Assembly (NCBI GenBank): GCA_973895155.1
Contig: OZ316891.1
Span: 25,791,899-25,855,898, forward strand
DNA from: Marsupella aquatica
Taxonomy: Eukaryota > Plantae > Marchantiophyta
Direction: 5' to 3'
Length of the DNA stretch: 64,000 nt
Positions 36,425 through 47,791 of the stretch are shown piece by piece (the stretch's first letter is position 1; each line of letters starts with the position of its first letter). Below the pieces are notes generated by a model. It did no database searches. It saw only the letters and a program-made list of their open reading frames with translations, and was not told where the DNA came from. The translations under genes and the position numbers were made by a program.

Positions 36425-38239
36425 CTAGCTTTCAAGCTGAACTGCAACCTCTTCCGGATGCTTAGGTTCTGCGTCTTCTGGCAGTTTAGCGCCCAAGTCC
36501 TCGGGAAGCTTGGGCTCAAGGTCCGTGGGAAGCTTGGCCTCAAGGTCCGTAGGAAGCTTGGCGTCTAGGTCCGTGGGAAGCTTGGCTTCTAGGTCCGTGG
36601 GAAGCTTGGCTTCTAGGTCCGTCGGAAGCTTGGCTTCGAGGTCTTCGGGGAGCTTGGCTTCAAGATCCTCAGGCAGCTCTGATTCTTCAGCCTCTTCAGC
36701 CTTCACTTCGATACTTTCAATCGCATCTAATCCTACCTCATCGGCCTTCTTCAAGGTCGACGCATTTTCCAACTTCACCAATCCGTTCCGAGCCTCGGCT
36801 GGAGTCGGTTCAGCGAGGATTGTGGGTCCTGCGACTGGAGTTTCCACAACACTGCTTGTGGGTTCCTCCTTGGCGACCTTTGGCTCAGGCTCCCCTCTCT
36901 CCCTTCTTTTCCTGGATTCCTCCTGGAGCTTCAGGAACTCCTCCTTTTTCAATTTCAGGTCCTCGATGCTTTTGGTCACGTCGCTCACGGTGGTGGGTGG
37001 AGAAAGCTTCACCTTCTCGAAGGAAGTTAGGGCATCGAGAGACAAGGATAATTTCTCCCTTCCCTTCTTTGAAACGGCCGGTGCTTTGGCCTTCTTGCCC
37101 TTGCTCTTCCCTGAAAACCAGCTATCTGTTTCTTCGTCAAACTTATTTTTCTTGCTGACGAGTACTGTCCCTACGCCTTTGGGAGCCACAATCTCAGCCT
37201 TGGAAGAAGCAGCAGCAGCAGCAGCCTCCTCCACGACTGGAGCATACTTTTGGAGATAAGAGCTGAGTTGGTCGACCATTATGATCTCATCTGTGTACGG
37301 CTCCACGTAGTTTTCGAGCTCCCTCTGCTTTCGGATTTTCTCACGTTCCTTGCGGTCAGCCTCTCTCTTTTCGAATTCTTTGCGCCTCTGAAGGACCTGC
37401 TGCTCTTTCCATTGCCTCTCCCGTTCCCAGTACTCCTCTTCCTTACTTCGGAACTCCGCTTTGATCTCCTTCACTTGCTCTCTCAATAACTTGATCTTCT
37501 CAAACGCCCCATTCCTTTCCTCGATGAGTGCCGGGATGTCCACAGTCTGAGAGGCATCCTTCTCTCTGATCTGTGCCAAAACTTTCCGCTGCTCATCTTG
37601 CTTTGCCCTCAGGTCATTCAATATGGCATCCTTCTCTCTGATCTTGTCCAGAATTTCTCCGCGGGAGCTTTCGTCCTGGGCAATTTGCTCCAGCCTCTCA
37701 TTGTAATCCTTAACAAAGTCCCGTGATTTCGTCAAATCTTTCACCTGCTGCAGCAACTTCTTTTCCTCCTGCAAAGTGAGAGATGTGTGGCTTATCCGGT
37801 ACTCCAACTTCTTGACCTCCTCATCGATCTGTTCTACTCTAACGTACGGGAGCTTGTCCCGAACAGACCTTGCGTCTGCGCGCATTTTCTCCCTCAGCTT
37901 GTCGGCGTGATCGAGCTCTTCACGGATAACCTTCTTCTCGTCCATAACCTTTCGGAATGACGAAGTGAGCTCATTCAATCGAGTCCTAGCATCGAGCACT
38001 TCCGCCGACGTCGCTTGCTTGTTCTGCTGCTTGCTGTCAATCACAGACTTGATCTCCCCAATCCTAACCTGCAATCCGTCGATCTCCTCGAACACTTTGG
38101 CCACATCCTCGTCCATGCTGGCCTTGTTGGGTCTCTCGAGCCTCTTAATTCTCTTCGGAAGCCCCGCGCCGTCGCCGATGGAACCGACGACCGGCGTGGG
38201 ATCCTCGATCGGGATCGGGTTCTCCAAAATTCCGACCAT
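36425..38239 (-). CDS. BFR1-like / proton-pump-interactor-related coiled-coil protein with C-terminal 8-aa repeats, intronless CDS
   Basis: ISHTSLTLQEEKKLLQQVKDLTKSR, EPYTDEIIMVDQLSSYL, LSLDALTSFEKVKLSPP motifs; ATG 38239 follows a 5'UTR acceptor (atttcag|gaaacATG); AKLPTDLE-type repeats x9. Confidence 0.75.
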   Translation of the reverse strand: MVGILENPIPIEDPTPVVGSIGDGAGLPKRIKRLERPNKASMDEDVAKVFEEIDGLQVRIGEIKSVIDSKQQNKQATSAEVLDARTRLNELTSSFRKVMDEKKVIREELDHADKLREKMRADARSVRDKLPYVRVEQIDEEVKKLEYRISHTSLTLQEEKKLLQQVKDLTKSRDFVKDYNERLEQIAQDESSRGEILDKIREKDAILNDLRAKQDEQRKVLAQIREKDASQTVDIPALIEERNGAFEKIKLLREQVKEIKAEFRSKEEEYWERERQWKEQQVLQRRKEFEKREADRKEREKIRKQRELENYVEPYTDEIIMVDQLSSYLQKYAPVVEEAAAAAASSKAEIVAPKGVGTVLVSKKNKFDEETDSWFSGKSKGKKAKAPAVSKKGREKLSLSLDALTSFEKVKLSPPTTVSDVTKSIEDLKLKKEEFLKLQEESRKRRERGEPEPKVAKEEPTSSVVETPVAGPTILAEPTPAEARNGLVKLENASTLKKADEVGLDAIESIEVKAEEAEESELPEDLEAKLPEDLEAKLPTDLEAKLPTDLEAKLPTDLDAKLPTDLEAKLPTDLEPKLPEDLGAKLPEDAEPKHPEEVAVQLES

Positions 38240-40294
38240 GTTTCCTGAAATTGAAAACAAGCCGATTTGACCTAAAAACCCTTCCCACCGGCCACGTCCT
38301 CTGCAGTATTACGCTACCACAAAATATGCTCAGGCTTCCTATTCCACATCATCGCTCACACGCCATTTTCCATCTTTTGCAAAAACACTAGCAGCACCAG
38401 ACTCAACTTGCCAGAACCAAATCCGCAACCAATTCCACTCCCACGTCAATTGTCGAAAGAATGGAAACCCTCCTCCACAGCCTGCAACAGAACAGTAGGC
38501 AACAGCAAATCCAACGGAGGACGAGAGAGAGGGGAAAACCAAGGAAACTAAAAGCCTCTCCCTCCAAAGCCTACAATAGCGGCCCTCCTTCTCGACGATC
38601 GTGCTTTCCTTGCCTTGTCAAGCAATTAATCGAATCGCAGCAGACGTGCAGCGGCTGCACTGCGGCACCTTTCCAAAGCCGGCTCAAACACTCGACCCAA
38701 CCCAACGGGAGAGAGCTCAAACGCCCAAAAACCTGAACAACAAAAACCACGACTTCAACGACCAGCCCGCAAGCAATAGGCGATGGGAACGGCGCAGATC
38801 CCGCCGTGTTTCCACGAATCAGCGCAAGCAGCTACAGAAGTAGTGCAGCGATGAGGCGAATTCCACTAGATCGAGATCGAGAGAAAGTGCGAGCGAGCGA
38901 GACACACAGAGGAAAGGAGAAGAGAGGAGAGGAGAGCGAAGAGCGAAGAAAAAGGAAGAGCCGTCGAAAGCCTTTGTGCAAAATCGACCGACGATGCCCT
39001 AGTAAGTGATGACTCTCTGTCTCTCGCGCTCGCTCTCCTACCACATGAACAGATTAACTCAACTGAACTGAACTGAACTGAAAGCCCGACCAGAGTGTAA
39101 CCAACGACCGACTACAGTTAGGAGCGAGGCACCTACCGACAACCCATCGTTTTGTACTTTTGTGGGTTGAAATTCGCTATACCCTTACCTTAATTAAGTT
39201 GTATAATATATAGTTGCGCCACTTTTTAGAGCGATAGTCATTCAAATTTGAAAGGCACGAAAATTTAAAAATCTGATCAAGAGAAAGAATAAAACAAAAT
39301 TGAATTATATTGAGTGTGAAATAAAGAGTGACACATTTTCCAAGCAAGAACTAAAGGGGAATTGGGAATGTCATGGAATACCAATACACAATAATCAAGT
39401 ATTTTATGGACCATCTATATATAGTACTATCCATGCATTCGACGAAGCCCCATGCATAGAAATAGTATTCTCCATACCTAGACATTGTACCCCATGGAAA
39501 TCTATGTCCTATGAGGAGTTTAAATGATTATAATTAGTTTGTGGACCCCTTGGCTAATTGACACTATGATTATCACAAGCAATTGTCAAAATAAGGCCTT
39601 TTCGCTACATGCTACCAAATTCTCAAATTACAAGAGTCAGAATTCAATTCATGGCAAGTCCATTTGCAATTAGATAAATGTCTGATCAAATGAATTATAT
39701 CAGTTCATTGAGTTCAAGTTTGGACCATGGCTAGCAGTGTACCTTGATTGCAAAGGGCCAAAATTCTTACACCAAGTGTCAATTACCCTTTAACAAGAAA
39801 GTTATCAAGTTAATTATCAGTCATTATTTGTTATATGAAAAATATTTTTTAAATCTTTGAATGTAAGTTTTAAAATTGGAAATGTAACTAAAAAGGTTAC
39901 ATAGTGACAGTTTTAACCATCTTGCTCTTTGCATTTCTAATTTTTTACTTTTCTTTTTACGGTATGGCATCCCAAAATTTACACCCAAATTGACACAAAC
40001 ACGAATGAAAACTATAAGTTTGATTCACAAAACTGATGAGTCTTGTTTGTTGCGGTTGTTGTTGATGTGGCACACTGTGGTGCTAGGGATTTTGGAAGGG
40101 ACCTCTCATGGGGTCCGTAAATATTACATAATGTAATAGAAAAGATCAAACCAAAAAATAGTACAAAAGGCCTAAAAGGGGGGTGGGGGGGGGGGAGTTA
40201 AAGGTTTTCAAGGAATTACAAAATGAAAAATACAAAGACAAAAATCATTCTTGACTGGTGATACTTTGCGGTTGTTGTTACTCATTTTTTGTGC

Positions 40295-40625
40295 GAGATT
40301 TTTTTCTTAAGAACATCGTGGGCGTCACCACATCTTTTTTTCTTAACGGCATCTTGGGTGACACCACATCTTTTTTCTTAAACAACATCTTGGGCAACAC
40401 AACATTTGTTTTTCTTAATGACATCTTTTTTCTTAATAACATCTTGAATGGGAGACATGACATCTGTTGTTCTCAACGACTTCTTGGCCAACACGACATT
40501 TTCCTTCTCAACAACCTCTTGGCCGACACGACATCTTTCTTCTCAACAACCTCTTGGCCGACACGACCTCTTTTGTTCTCAATGACATCGGGAACGAAAT
40601 CTTGGCCGTCACGACATCTTTTGTG
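40295..40625. repeat. ~33-bp minisatellite, about 9 units
   Basis: ttctcaacaacctcttggccgacacgacatcttt consensus recurs. Confidence 0.85.
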
Positions 40626-41076
40626 CAACGCACGGGTATTGAGCTAATTTAATAGAAGCATAACAGTTTTTTGTCACTAAAGATGCTTGATCACTAAGAT
40701 GTTTACATTTACAATATTGTATGTGCTTTTTGATCAGTTTACAAATATGTCGCAATTCCATATATAATTTTACTGGTTAAGTTAGTGAAGGTATCATCCA
40801 TATAATTTTCCTGGTTCATTTAGTGAACTTTGTTATCCATATATGAAATGGAGACATATTTGTAAATAGAAAATAAACTGAGGCAGTGTTTTCAGTCAAC
40901 ATATCTTTTGCGGCAAAGTACTCAAAAGGTGAAAAACAAAAACAGGCAGGTCAAAGATACTCAGGATAAAATTTTAAAAAATTATGTCATCCGCCACCAC
41001 CAAATCCACTATGGAGAACATTAGGGCAAAATCCCTGTGTCATTCGCCACCATCAAGTCCACTATGGAAAACATTA

Positions 41077-41671
41077 GGGCATCTCAAATATGTTAGAGTT
41101 TTGACTCAACCTTGGCTAGGTTAAGCAAGATAAGTTAATATTAATTAACTAGACTTTCATGAAGGGATAACCCTCTTGTATCCAATGGAGAGAGTGCACT
41201 CAAGAGTTGAAAAGTTGGTGTGTGAGAGATCAAGAGAGCTTGGACCATGAAACTATGGTGATGTACATTTTGTTTCATAATAAAGCTCTTGGTGCGGACA
41301 GGGTGCATCACATATCTTTCTGTCAATGTACTTGTGTGCTATATGTGTTTGTAGATTGTGAGATGTCATGTTGTTCATTTTAATCCTTCAAAATACATAT
41401 ACTAAGAGTTTCCAAAGTACAAAAAATGCAATACAGGGAGTATCCCAACAATGTAAGACCCAATAAAGGGAGGAAAAGGGAGAGACCCCAAGAAGCTTTT
41501 CCAGAGGGTGATGCAAAAGTTTTTTTCACTAGTCTCTAGAGTGACCTATGATCATAGCATATGACCAATCTCTATAGAAAAATCTGTCAATTGTGAATTT
41601 GGTATATTGTTTCTGTCTGTAATTTTAATTTCTAAATTAAGGTTGATCAAAGTTTGAGGTTTGAGATCCCC
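41077..41671. mobile_element. Tourist/PIF-Harbinger-like MITE copy, possibly with an internal insertion
   Basis: TTA then GGGCATCTCAAA at the left end, TTTGAGATCCCC at the right end; 41505-41671 resembles the right part of 62008-62272. Confidence 0.5.
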
Positions 41672-42029
41672 TATTTTCCAAACAGTACTCTACAAGTGAC
41701 ACTCAGTATTAGGTCTGCATTACACAGTGGAGCATATGCACTGCTGCAATGCAATAAGGCATAATATCTGGAAGTGAGGCAAACATAACTAGTTTGAGGA
41801 CCCCTTGGTGATGTAAGTTTGATGTTATTTAACAAGTTGGAGCGATCATGAAGAGTCGCCTGTTGGAATAGGTTTGAAATGGAGATGATGGACAAAAAGA
41901 GCAGATTATTTGTGGTAACAGTCCACGCAAAATGTTCCCTAAGTACCCTGTAACATTCCATAGAGTCCATGCAAATTGTTAAAGTAGCTGATTTGAAATG
42001 TTTCTTATTGCTCCCTTGGTAATTCATAT

Positions 42030-42205
42030 GTCTATAGTAGCAGAAGGGTTTCTTATTGTCCCTTTGGTATTTCTTTGTCCAAAGTAGCCAAAGGGTTTCT
42101 TATTGTCCCATGGTATTCCTTTGTCCATAGTAGCCAAAGTGTTTCTTATTATCCCTTGGTATTCCTTGGTCCATAGTAGCCAAAGGGTTTCTTATGTTAC
42201 CTTGG
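42030..42205. repeat. ~46-bp tandem repeat x4
   Basis: gtccatagtagccaaagggtttcttattgtccc recurs. Confidence 0.85.
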
Positions 42206-43536
42206 TTAATGTTACACTACGTGAAGAGTTTCTTTTTACCCATAGTTATATAAAAAATTGCCAATTAAACAAAGGATTTAGACAGTTTACCGGAAGACAC
42301 TGATTCATCAATCATGACCCATCCAAAGGTTATTTTTATTTTACCCATTTCTTTGTTTATCTGAAGTTAGTGTTATTTTTCACTCTTCCATTGTTTTCAC
42401 AGTTAGGGGTCTAATTGTTTTTCTTTGTATCTTGTCTCAAACACAAATAGTCATGTTTGGTTCTTCTTGCGCAACTAACCTTTCTTGTTTGTGACCATGA
42501 GTGCTAATGTGGCTCCACATGCTTCTAGGGATTTTGGAAGGAGTTTCCCATGGGGGTCTGTAAACATCAAGATGAGCAGAGGAGGGACTATGTTTCACCT
42601 GGCTTTGTCGTGTTTAATATTTGGTGCAATCAATAGTTTTAAGTACTCCATAGTAGCTTTGTGACAAGGCAACTTTGGCTGATTTTGGTATTATGCAAAC
42701 TTTAAGGGTGTCACACCATTATGAGTGTTATTAGAGTCATTCATGTTATGTGAGTTTAGAGCTTTCATATGTGTGCTATTTGAGCACTTTAGGGTTTCTT
42801 TATGTTTGGAGGGATAGTTATCTCTTGTGGTGGCTTGGTGGTAATCGGCCAGATTTGTATGCATGTAACGTAGATTCCTTGAAATGTAAGGTGTGTTTGG
42901 CTCAACATTTGGGTGAGATCAGATTGGCACGATTGGTTGTGTATTGTTGGCTACAATTGCTCTTTGATTAAGTTGAAGGTACTGTGTATTTTGGACACTT
43001 GTGTACATGAGTTTCACTTGTATTTCATTCTCTTATGTTTGTTTGTGTCTATGTTCGGGGGTATGTGATGCAATGTATGTTGTGTAGCAATGTGTGGCAA
43101 CAATTTTCATGACAATCTTGCATTACTCTTGCAAACTCCATGAAGTTGCAACCTCCATTAGTGCAAAACTTGACGAACTGCAAGGCATCCTATTCTTCCC
43201 TTTCTAGCATGGAGTTTGCACAAACTTTTGCACTTTTTGTAAGTACGGATAGGCCCAAAGCATTTTTGCTAAAGTGACAACTTGTCATGCCTAGGTATTT
43301 ATCATGCTAGGTCATGACCACCAATAGTTTGGCTTCCTGTTTTTTGTGATTGGTTTCAGCCTCTCCCTCTCGGGTTTTCTTTGGACTGGTAATGCTTCTC
43401 TCCTGGTTTTGGCCTCTCCCTCTTGGGTTTTCTTTGGACTGGTCATGCTTCTCTCCTGGTTTTGTTCTCTGGAACAATAACATTCCATAAGCCCTTTGAG
43501 AAACATGGTATTCCAGATTCAGTGTTTGATTATTTT

Positions 43537-43723
43537 GCCACTAAAGATATTTTAATTCACAATACTGCCACTTTTTTTCTGTATTTATAAAAATGTCACT
43601 ATTTTGTACATGGACAAGTTTATTAACATAACTAGGGGAATTATATAAGGAAAACAGTGATATTTTTGTAAATACAAAAAAAAGAAAGTGGGGGAGTATT
43701 GTAAATTTAAACATCTAGTGGCA
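43537..43723. mobile_element. Foldback/MITE-like inverted repeat with ~70-bp arms
   Basis: tgccactaaagat...caatactgccacttt...tgtatttataaaaatgtcactatttt pairs with aaaacagtgatatttttgtaaataca...aaagtggggg agtattgt...tagtggca. Confidence 0.7.
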
Positions 43724-43904
43724 ATGTACTTAAAAGCTCAGGTTTTCTTTGGACACCAGACCTTGGTCCACCAGGGTGTTGCTCCTTTTGTGGGTTACCC
43801 GTGTTGTATGCTGGATTTTTGGATTTTTGAATGAAAGTCAATTGGTTCTTTCTAGAAAAAATAAAATGGAGATTGGTTATCACTCATGAACCAATCTCCA
43901 TTCC

Positions 43905-44260
43905 ATTTGCTTGGAGATTGAGTGATGGCATTCCTTTGCGAGCCTCCTTCTCGATTGGAGATCGAGTGCTCGCATTCTTTTGCAAGCCTCTTCTGATGGT
44001 TGGAGATCGAGTGATCGCATTCCTTTGCAAGCCTCTCGTTGCGAGCAGAGATTAAGTGATGTCGTTCCCTTGCAAGTAACTTTATGAGGTTGGAGTGATT
44101 GATCGCATTCCTTTGCAAACCTTTTCCTCCTGATTGGAGTTGATCGCATTCCTTTGCGAGACTCTTCCTATTGATCGCATTCCTTTGCAAGTCTCTCCTT
44201 ATGATTGGAATGGATTGATCGCATTCCTTTGCAGGCCTCTTTTTATGGTTGGAGATTGAC
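43905..44260. repeat. Tandem array, 8 copies of a tgatcgcattcctttgc core, upstream of the PPR gene
   Basis: Cores near 43925, 43969, 44012, 44060, 44100, 44141, 44172 and 44216. Confidence 0.85.
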
Positions 44261-44851
44261 AAACTGACTGAGTTTGAAGTCCACGAATTCTCCGGAGAGA
44301 AAACGAGGCGAAAGAAACGGAGAGATCTATTGTTGTCATCGTGTAGGTCCCTTCCGAACGAGGAGCCAGAGAACGGCGGAATGAGGGCGGCAGGGCGACG
44401 AGGGCAGCAGGATTTACAGTCTGCGGTGAGAAAAGCCACACCTCACCTCTTAACCTCTTTTGAGCCTATCAGCTGCAGCTCCTCGAAGTGCGTATTCTGC
44501 ATCCGGCAGAAGAGATTGCAAGGTCGTTTGTCGATCCTGCATTCCACGGTCGTCAATGCCAATGGCGCTCGGGGCATTGCAGCGGAAATTCGGACGACGG
44601 AGAGCTTCACCCCATAGGTCCAGAGAATAATCAATCAGGAGCTACAGGTTGCATTTGCAGGCCAGCATTTACAACGGCAGCATGTAATGATCACCTTCTG
44701 GAGGCTGTGGAAGCATTGAGATTCGTGGAGCACTCGGAGTCCGATGAATGAGGCTTTAGGTGTTAGGATTAGGCTTGAGGGTTTAGGGTTTATCACAGGC
44801 CCCAAATTTTGATATTGTGGAGATCCGCCCGGGAGGCATGGGAGCATATTG

Positions 44852-47791
44852 ATGGACCACTATTTTAAGCCTGTAATTATGTCAGCGCAGGCAGTTTCTG
44901 CAAGACGTGTGTGTGGAAGGAAATTTCAGAAATTCGTGGAAGAACGTTTTATGTCAAGTCATGATGGTCTAGGCAAAGGATTGAGCTCCAATGTGGAAAT
45001 ACGTGGGCCTCAGCTCTCCCGGGATTTGTGGAACGAGGAACAGAGCTCCGTGGGTAACTGTGTGCGGGCATACAGCAATGTGGGACAGGAATTATGTCAT
45101 GATTCTCTCAAGCAAGGTTTTTTCTGTGGTGAAGGCCTGCCGATTGGTTCTACCCGTGGAAATGGTGACGTTAAAGGCACATTTATTCCTGTTGGGACTA
45201 AATATTCTCGAGATAATGAACTTCCCAAGAGCCAAAACGTAAAGAAAAGCAGCTCGGCTAATGCACGAGAGTTGAAAAGGCACATTGTACAAGGAGGCAG
45301 TGCCGGTGGCAATATACTTATGCAAAGTGCTCGTACTACTAGTGAAACAATTGCTATTCTCAAGAATCGTCTACAGCAAGGCGTCACCATAGACTCGAAC
45401 ACGTTTGTTGAAGTTCTCAAGCAGTGCTTGAAGCAGAAGGACCTTACAGCGGCCAGACAGGCGCATGAATGCATCACCAAGAGTGGAATGGACAAGAATC
45501 CATACGTGGCGACCACCTTACTGAATGTGTATATCAGATGTGGGAAATTGCAGGATGCACGCCAAGTGTTCAATAGACTTGAGAAGAAAAGTCTTCTTAC
45601 TTGGAACATCATGCTCGGAGGATATGCTAAAGCTGGCCGCACTGAAGAAGCACTGGAAGTTTTCAATCAAATGCGACTGTGCCAACGAGGAGGTGCGCAG
45701 CCCGATGAGATTACATATTTGAGCATTCTGAAGGCATGTGCCAGTGCCAGCAGCCCGTTAGCTCTAGAATGGGGCGAGGAGGTTCATACTTGTATCAGAC
45801 GGGCTGGCCTTGAATCGAATGTCCGTGTAGGAACTGCCCTCCTCCAGATGTATGCAAAGTGTGGGTGCATTACCAAGGCAAGGCAAGCTTTTGAAAAACT
45901 GGGGACCAATCGGAATGTCATCACATGGAATGTGATGATTGAGGCGTATGCCGAAAGTGGTTGTCGTGCGGAAGCATATGAACTCTTTCTTCAAATGGAA
46001 CGGGAGGGCTTCGAACCTGATGCAATCACTTATACGAGCCTCCTGAATGCGCGTGCAAGTTCAAGCGAAGAAGCAGAGGTTTTCTGTTTGATGTGGGTGA
46101 AGCAGGTCCATAGACATGTTCTCGAAGCAGGGTTTGAGTTGGACTTGTGGTTGGGCAATGCGCTTGTTCACATGTATGCTAAGGGTGGCAGCATTGATGA
46201 TGCCAGATTGGTTTTTGACGGAATGAAGGAACGTGATGTAATCACATGGAATGCGATGCTTGGCGCGTATGCGGAAAGTGGTTGCGGTGTTGAGACGGTA
46301 CGGCAACTCTTTCTCCAAATGAAACGGGAGGGCTTCAAAACAGATGCAATCACTTATGTGAACCTCTTGAATCCACGTTGTTCAAGCGCAGCAGGGCCAG
46401 AGGCTTTGGAGTGGGTAAAGGAGGTTCATGAGCATGTCCTGGAAGCAGGACTTGAGTTGGGTTTGCGTGTGGGCAGCGCCCTTGTTCACATGTATGCAAA
46501 GAGTGGCGGTATTGATGACGCCAGACTAGTTTTTGACAAAATGAGGGAACGCAATGTAATCACATGGACTATGATGATTGGTGGACTAGCACAACATGGG
46601 TATGGGCGTGAAGCGTATGAACTTTTTCTCCAAATGCAAAGAGAGGGCTGTGTACCAGATGTAACCACTTATGTGACCTTATTAAATGCAGGTTCAAGCG
46701 CACTAGGGGGTTTAGGTTTGGAATGGGTTAAGGAAGTCCACAGGCATGCACTAGAAGCAGGACTCGATTCAGATTTGCGTCTGAGCAATGCGCTTATTCA
46801 AATGTATGCAAAAAGTGGCAGCATTGATGATGCTCGACTAGTTTTTGACGGAATGGGGAAACGCGACGTAGTGACATGGACTGGGATGATCGGGGGACTT
46901 GCACAACATGGATTTGGGCGTGAAGCTTTAGACTTCTTCAATGAAATGAACGCTGATGGTGTGATGCCCAATGGGTACACGTTTGTTGCAGTTTTGTCAG
47001 CTTGTAGTCATGCAGGACTACTTGACGAGGGCCGCCAACTCTTTTGGACTATGGCGGAGGACTATGGCGTTATACCTACTGTGCAGCATTATACCTGCAT
47101 GGTGGATCTGCTTGGACGGGGAGGTCACTTGGAGGAAGCAAAGCAAGTCATTGACAATATGCCTATTGAGCCAGATGGAGCAACTTGGGGAGCCTTGCTT
47201 GGTGCTTGTAGAAGTTTTGGTAATCTGCAGTTGGGCGAACTTGTAGCTAATGAGGTTCTCGAGTTGGAATCCTATGATGCTTCCGCATACGTGCTCCTCT
47301 CCAATATCTATGCCGGAGCTGGCAAGTGGGACATGGTGTCATCGGTACGGACTATGATGCACGAGAGAGGTATCCGCAAGGAGCCAGGGCGTAGCTGGAT
47401 TGAAGTCGATAACAAGATTCATGACTTTGTTGTTGGAGACCTTTCTCACCAAGAAGCGAAGGAGATATATGCTGAGCTGAACAGACTGACTGAAAGAATT
47501 AAGGCTGAAGGTTACAATCCGGATACCCGGCTCGTGTTGCAGAATATTGATGAGGAAGATAAAGTAGTATCAATTTGCTCTCATAGTGAGAAGTTGGCTA
47601 TTGCTTATGGACTGATGCGTACACCCCAGGCAAAACCAATTCGTGTGTACAAGAACCTACGAGTTTGCACAGATTGTCACGAAGCAACTAAGTTGATGTC
47701 AAAGGTGACAGGACGAGAGATTGTGCTCAGGGATACTAGTCGCTTTCACCACTTTGAAGATGGCATCTGCTCTTGTGGTGATTACTGGTAG
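44852..47791 (+). CDS. PLS-class pentatricopeptide repeat protein with E1-E2-DYW deaminase domain (organellar C-to-U editing factor), intronless
   Basis: 17 P/L/S motifs; PGRSWIEV box, HSEKLA, LRVCTDCH, terminal CSCGDYW. Confidence 0.95.
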   Translation: MDHYFKPVIMSAQAVSARRVCGRKFQKFVEERFMSSHDGLGKGLSSNVEIRGPQLSRDLWNEEQSSVGNCVRAYSNVGQELCHDSLKQGFFCGEGLPIGSTRGNGDVKGTFIPVGTKYSRDNELPKSQNVKKSSSANARELKRHIVQGGSAGGNILMQSARTTSETIAILKNRLQQGVTIDSNTFVEVLKQCLKQKDLTAARQAHECITKSGMDKNPYVATTLLNVYIRCGKLQDARQVFNRLEKKSLLTWNIMLGGYAKAGRTEEALEVFNQMRLCQRGGAQPDEITYLSILKACASASSPLALEWGEEVHTCIRRAGLESNVRVGTALLQMYAKCGCITKARQAFEKLGTNRNVITWNVMIEAYAESGCRAEAYELFLQMEREGFEPDAITYTSLLNARASSSEEAEVFCLMWVKQVHRHVLEAGFELDLWLGNALVHMYAKGGSIDDARLVFDGMKERDVITWNAMLGAYAESGCGVETVRQLFLQMKREGFKTDAITYVNLLNPRCSSAAGPEALEWVKEVHEHVLEAGLELGLRVGSALVHMYAKSGGIDDARLVFDKMRERNVITWTMMIGGLAQHGYGREAYELFLQMQREGCVPDVTTYVTLLNAGSSALGGLGLEWVKEVHRHALEAGLDSDLRLSNALIQMYAKSGSIDDARLVFDGMGKRDVVTWTGMIGGLAQHGFGREALDFFNEMNADGVMPNGYTFVAVLSACSHAGLLDEGRQLFWTMAEDYGVIPTVQHYTCMVDLLGRGGHLEEAKQVIDNMPIEPDGATWGALLGACRSFGNLQLGELVANEVLELESYDASAYVLLSNIYAGAGKWDMVSSVRTMMHERGIRKEPGRSWIEVDNKIHDFVVGDLSHQEAKEIYAELNRLTERIKAEGYNPDTRLVLQNIDEEDKVVSICSHSEKLAIAYGLMRTPQAKPIRVYKNLRVCTDCHEATKLMSKVTGREIVLRDTSRFHHFEDGICSCGDYW

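Noticed and set aside
36510-37259. 249-aa plus-strand ORF with RSVGSLAS repeats
   Set aside because: Antisense shadow of the BFR1/PPI-like CDS and its 24-bp repeat
43905-44260. CRISPR-like repeat-spacer appearance (also 40295-40625 and 48648-49210)
   Set aside because: Linkers are related to each other, repeats are degenerate, there are no cas genes and the context is a eukaryotic nucleus; ordinary minisatellites
43852-44439. 195-aa minus-strand ORF with AKECD/QRNAIN repeats
   Set aside because: Translation of the tandem array; non-ATG start
47380-47791. U-to-C (reverse) editing DYW variant
   Set aside because: Canonical PG box, HSEKLA and DYW end indicate the C-to-U type
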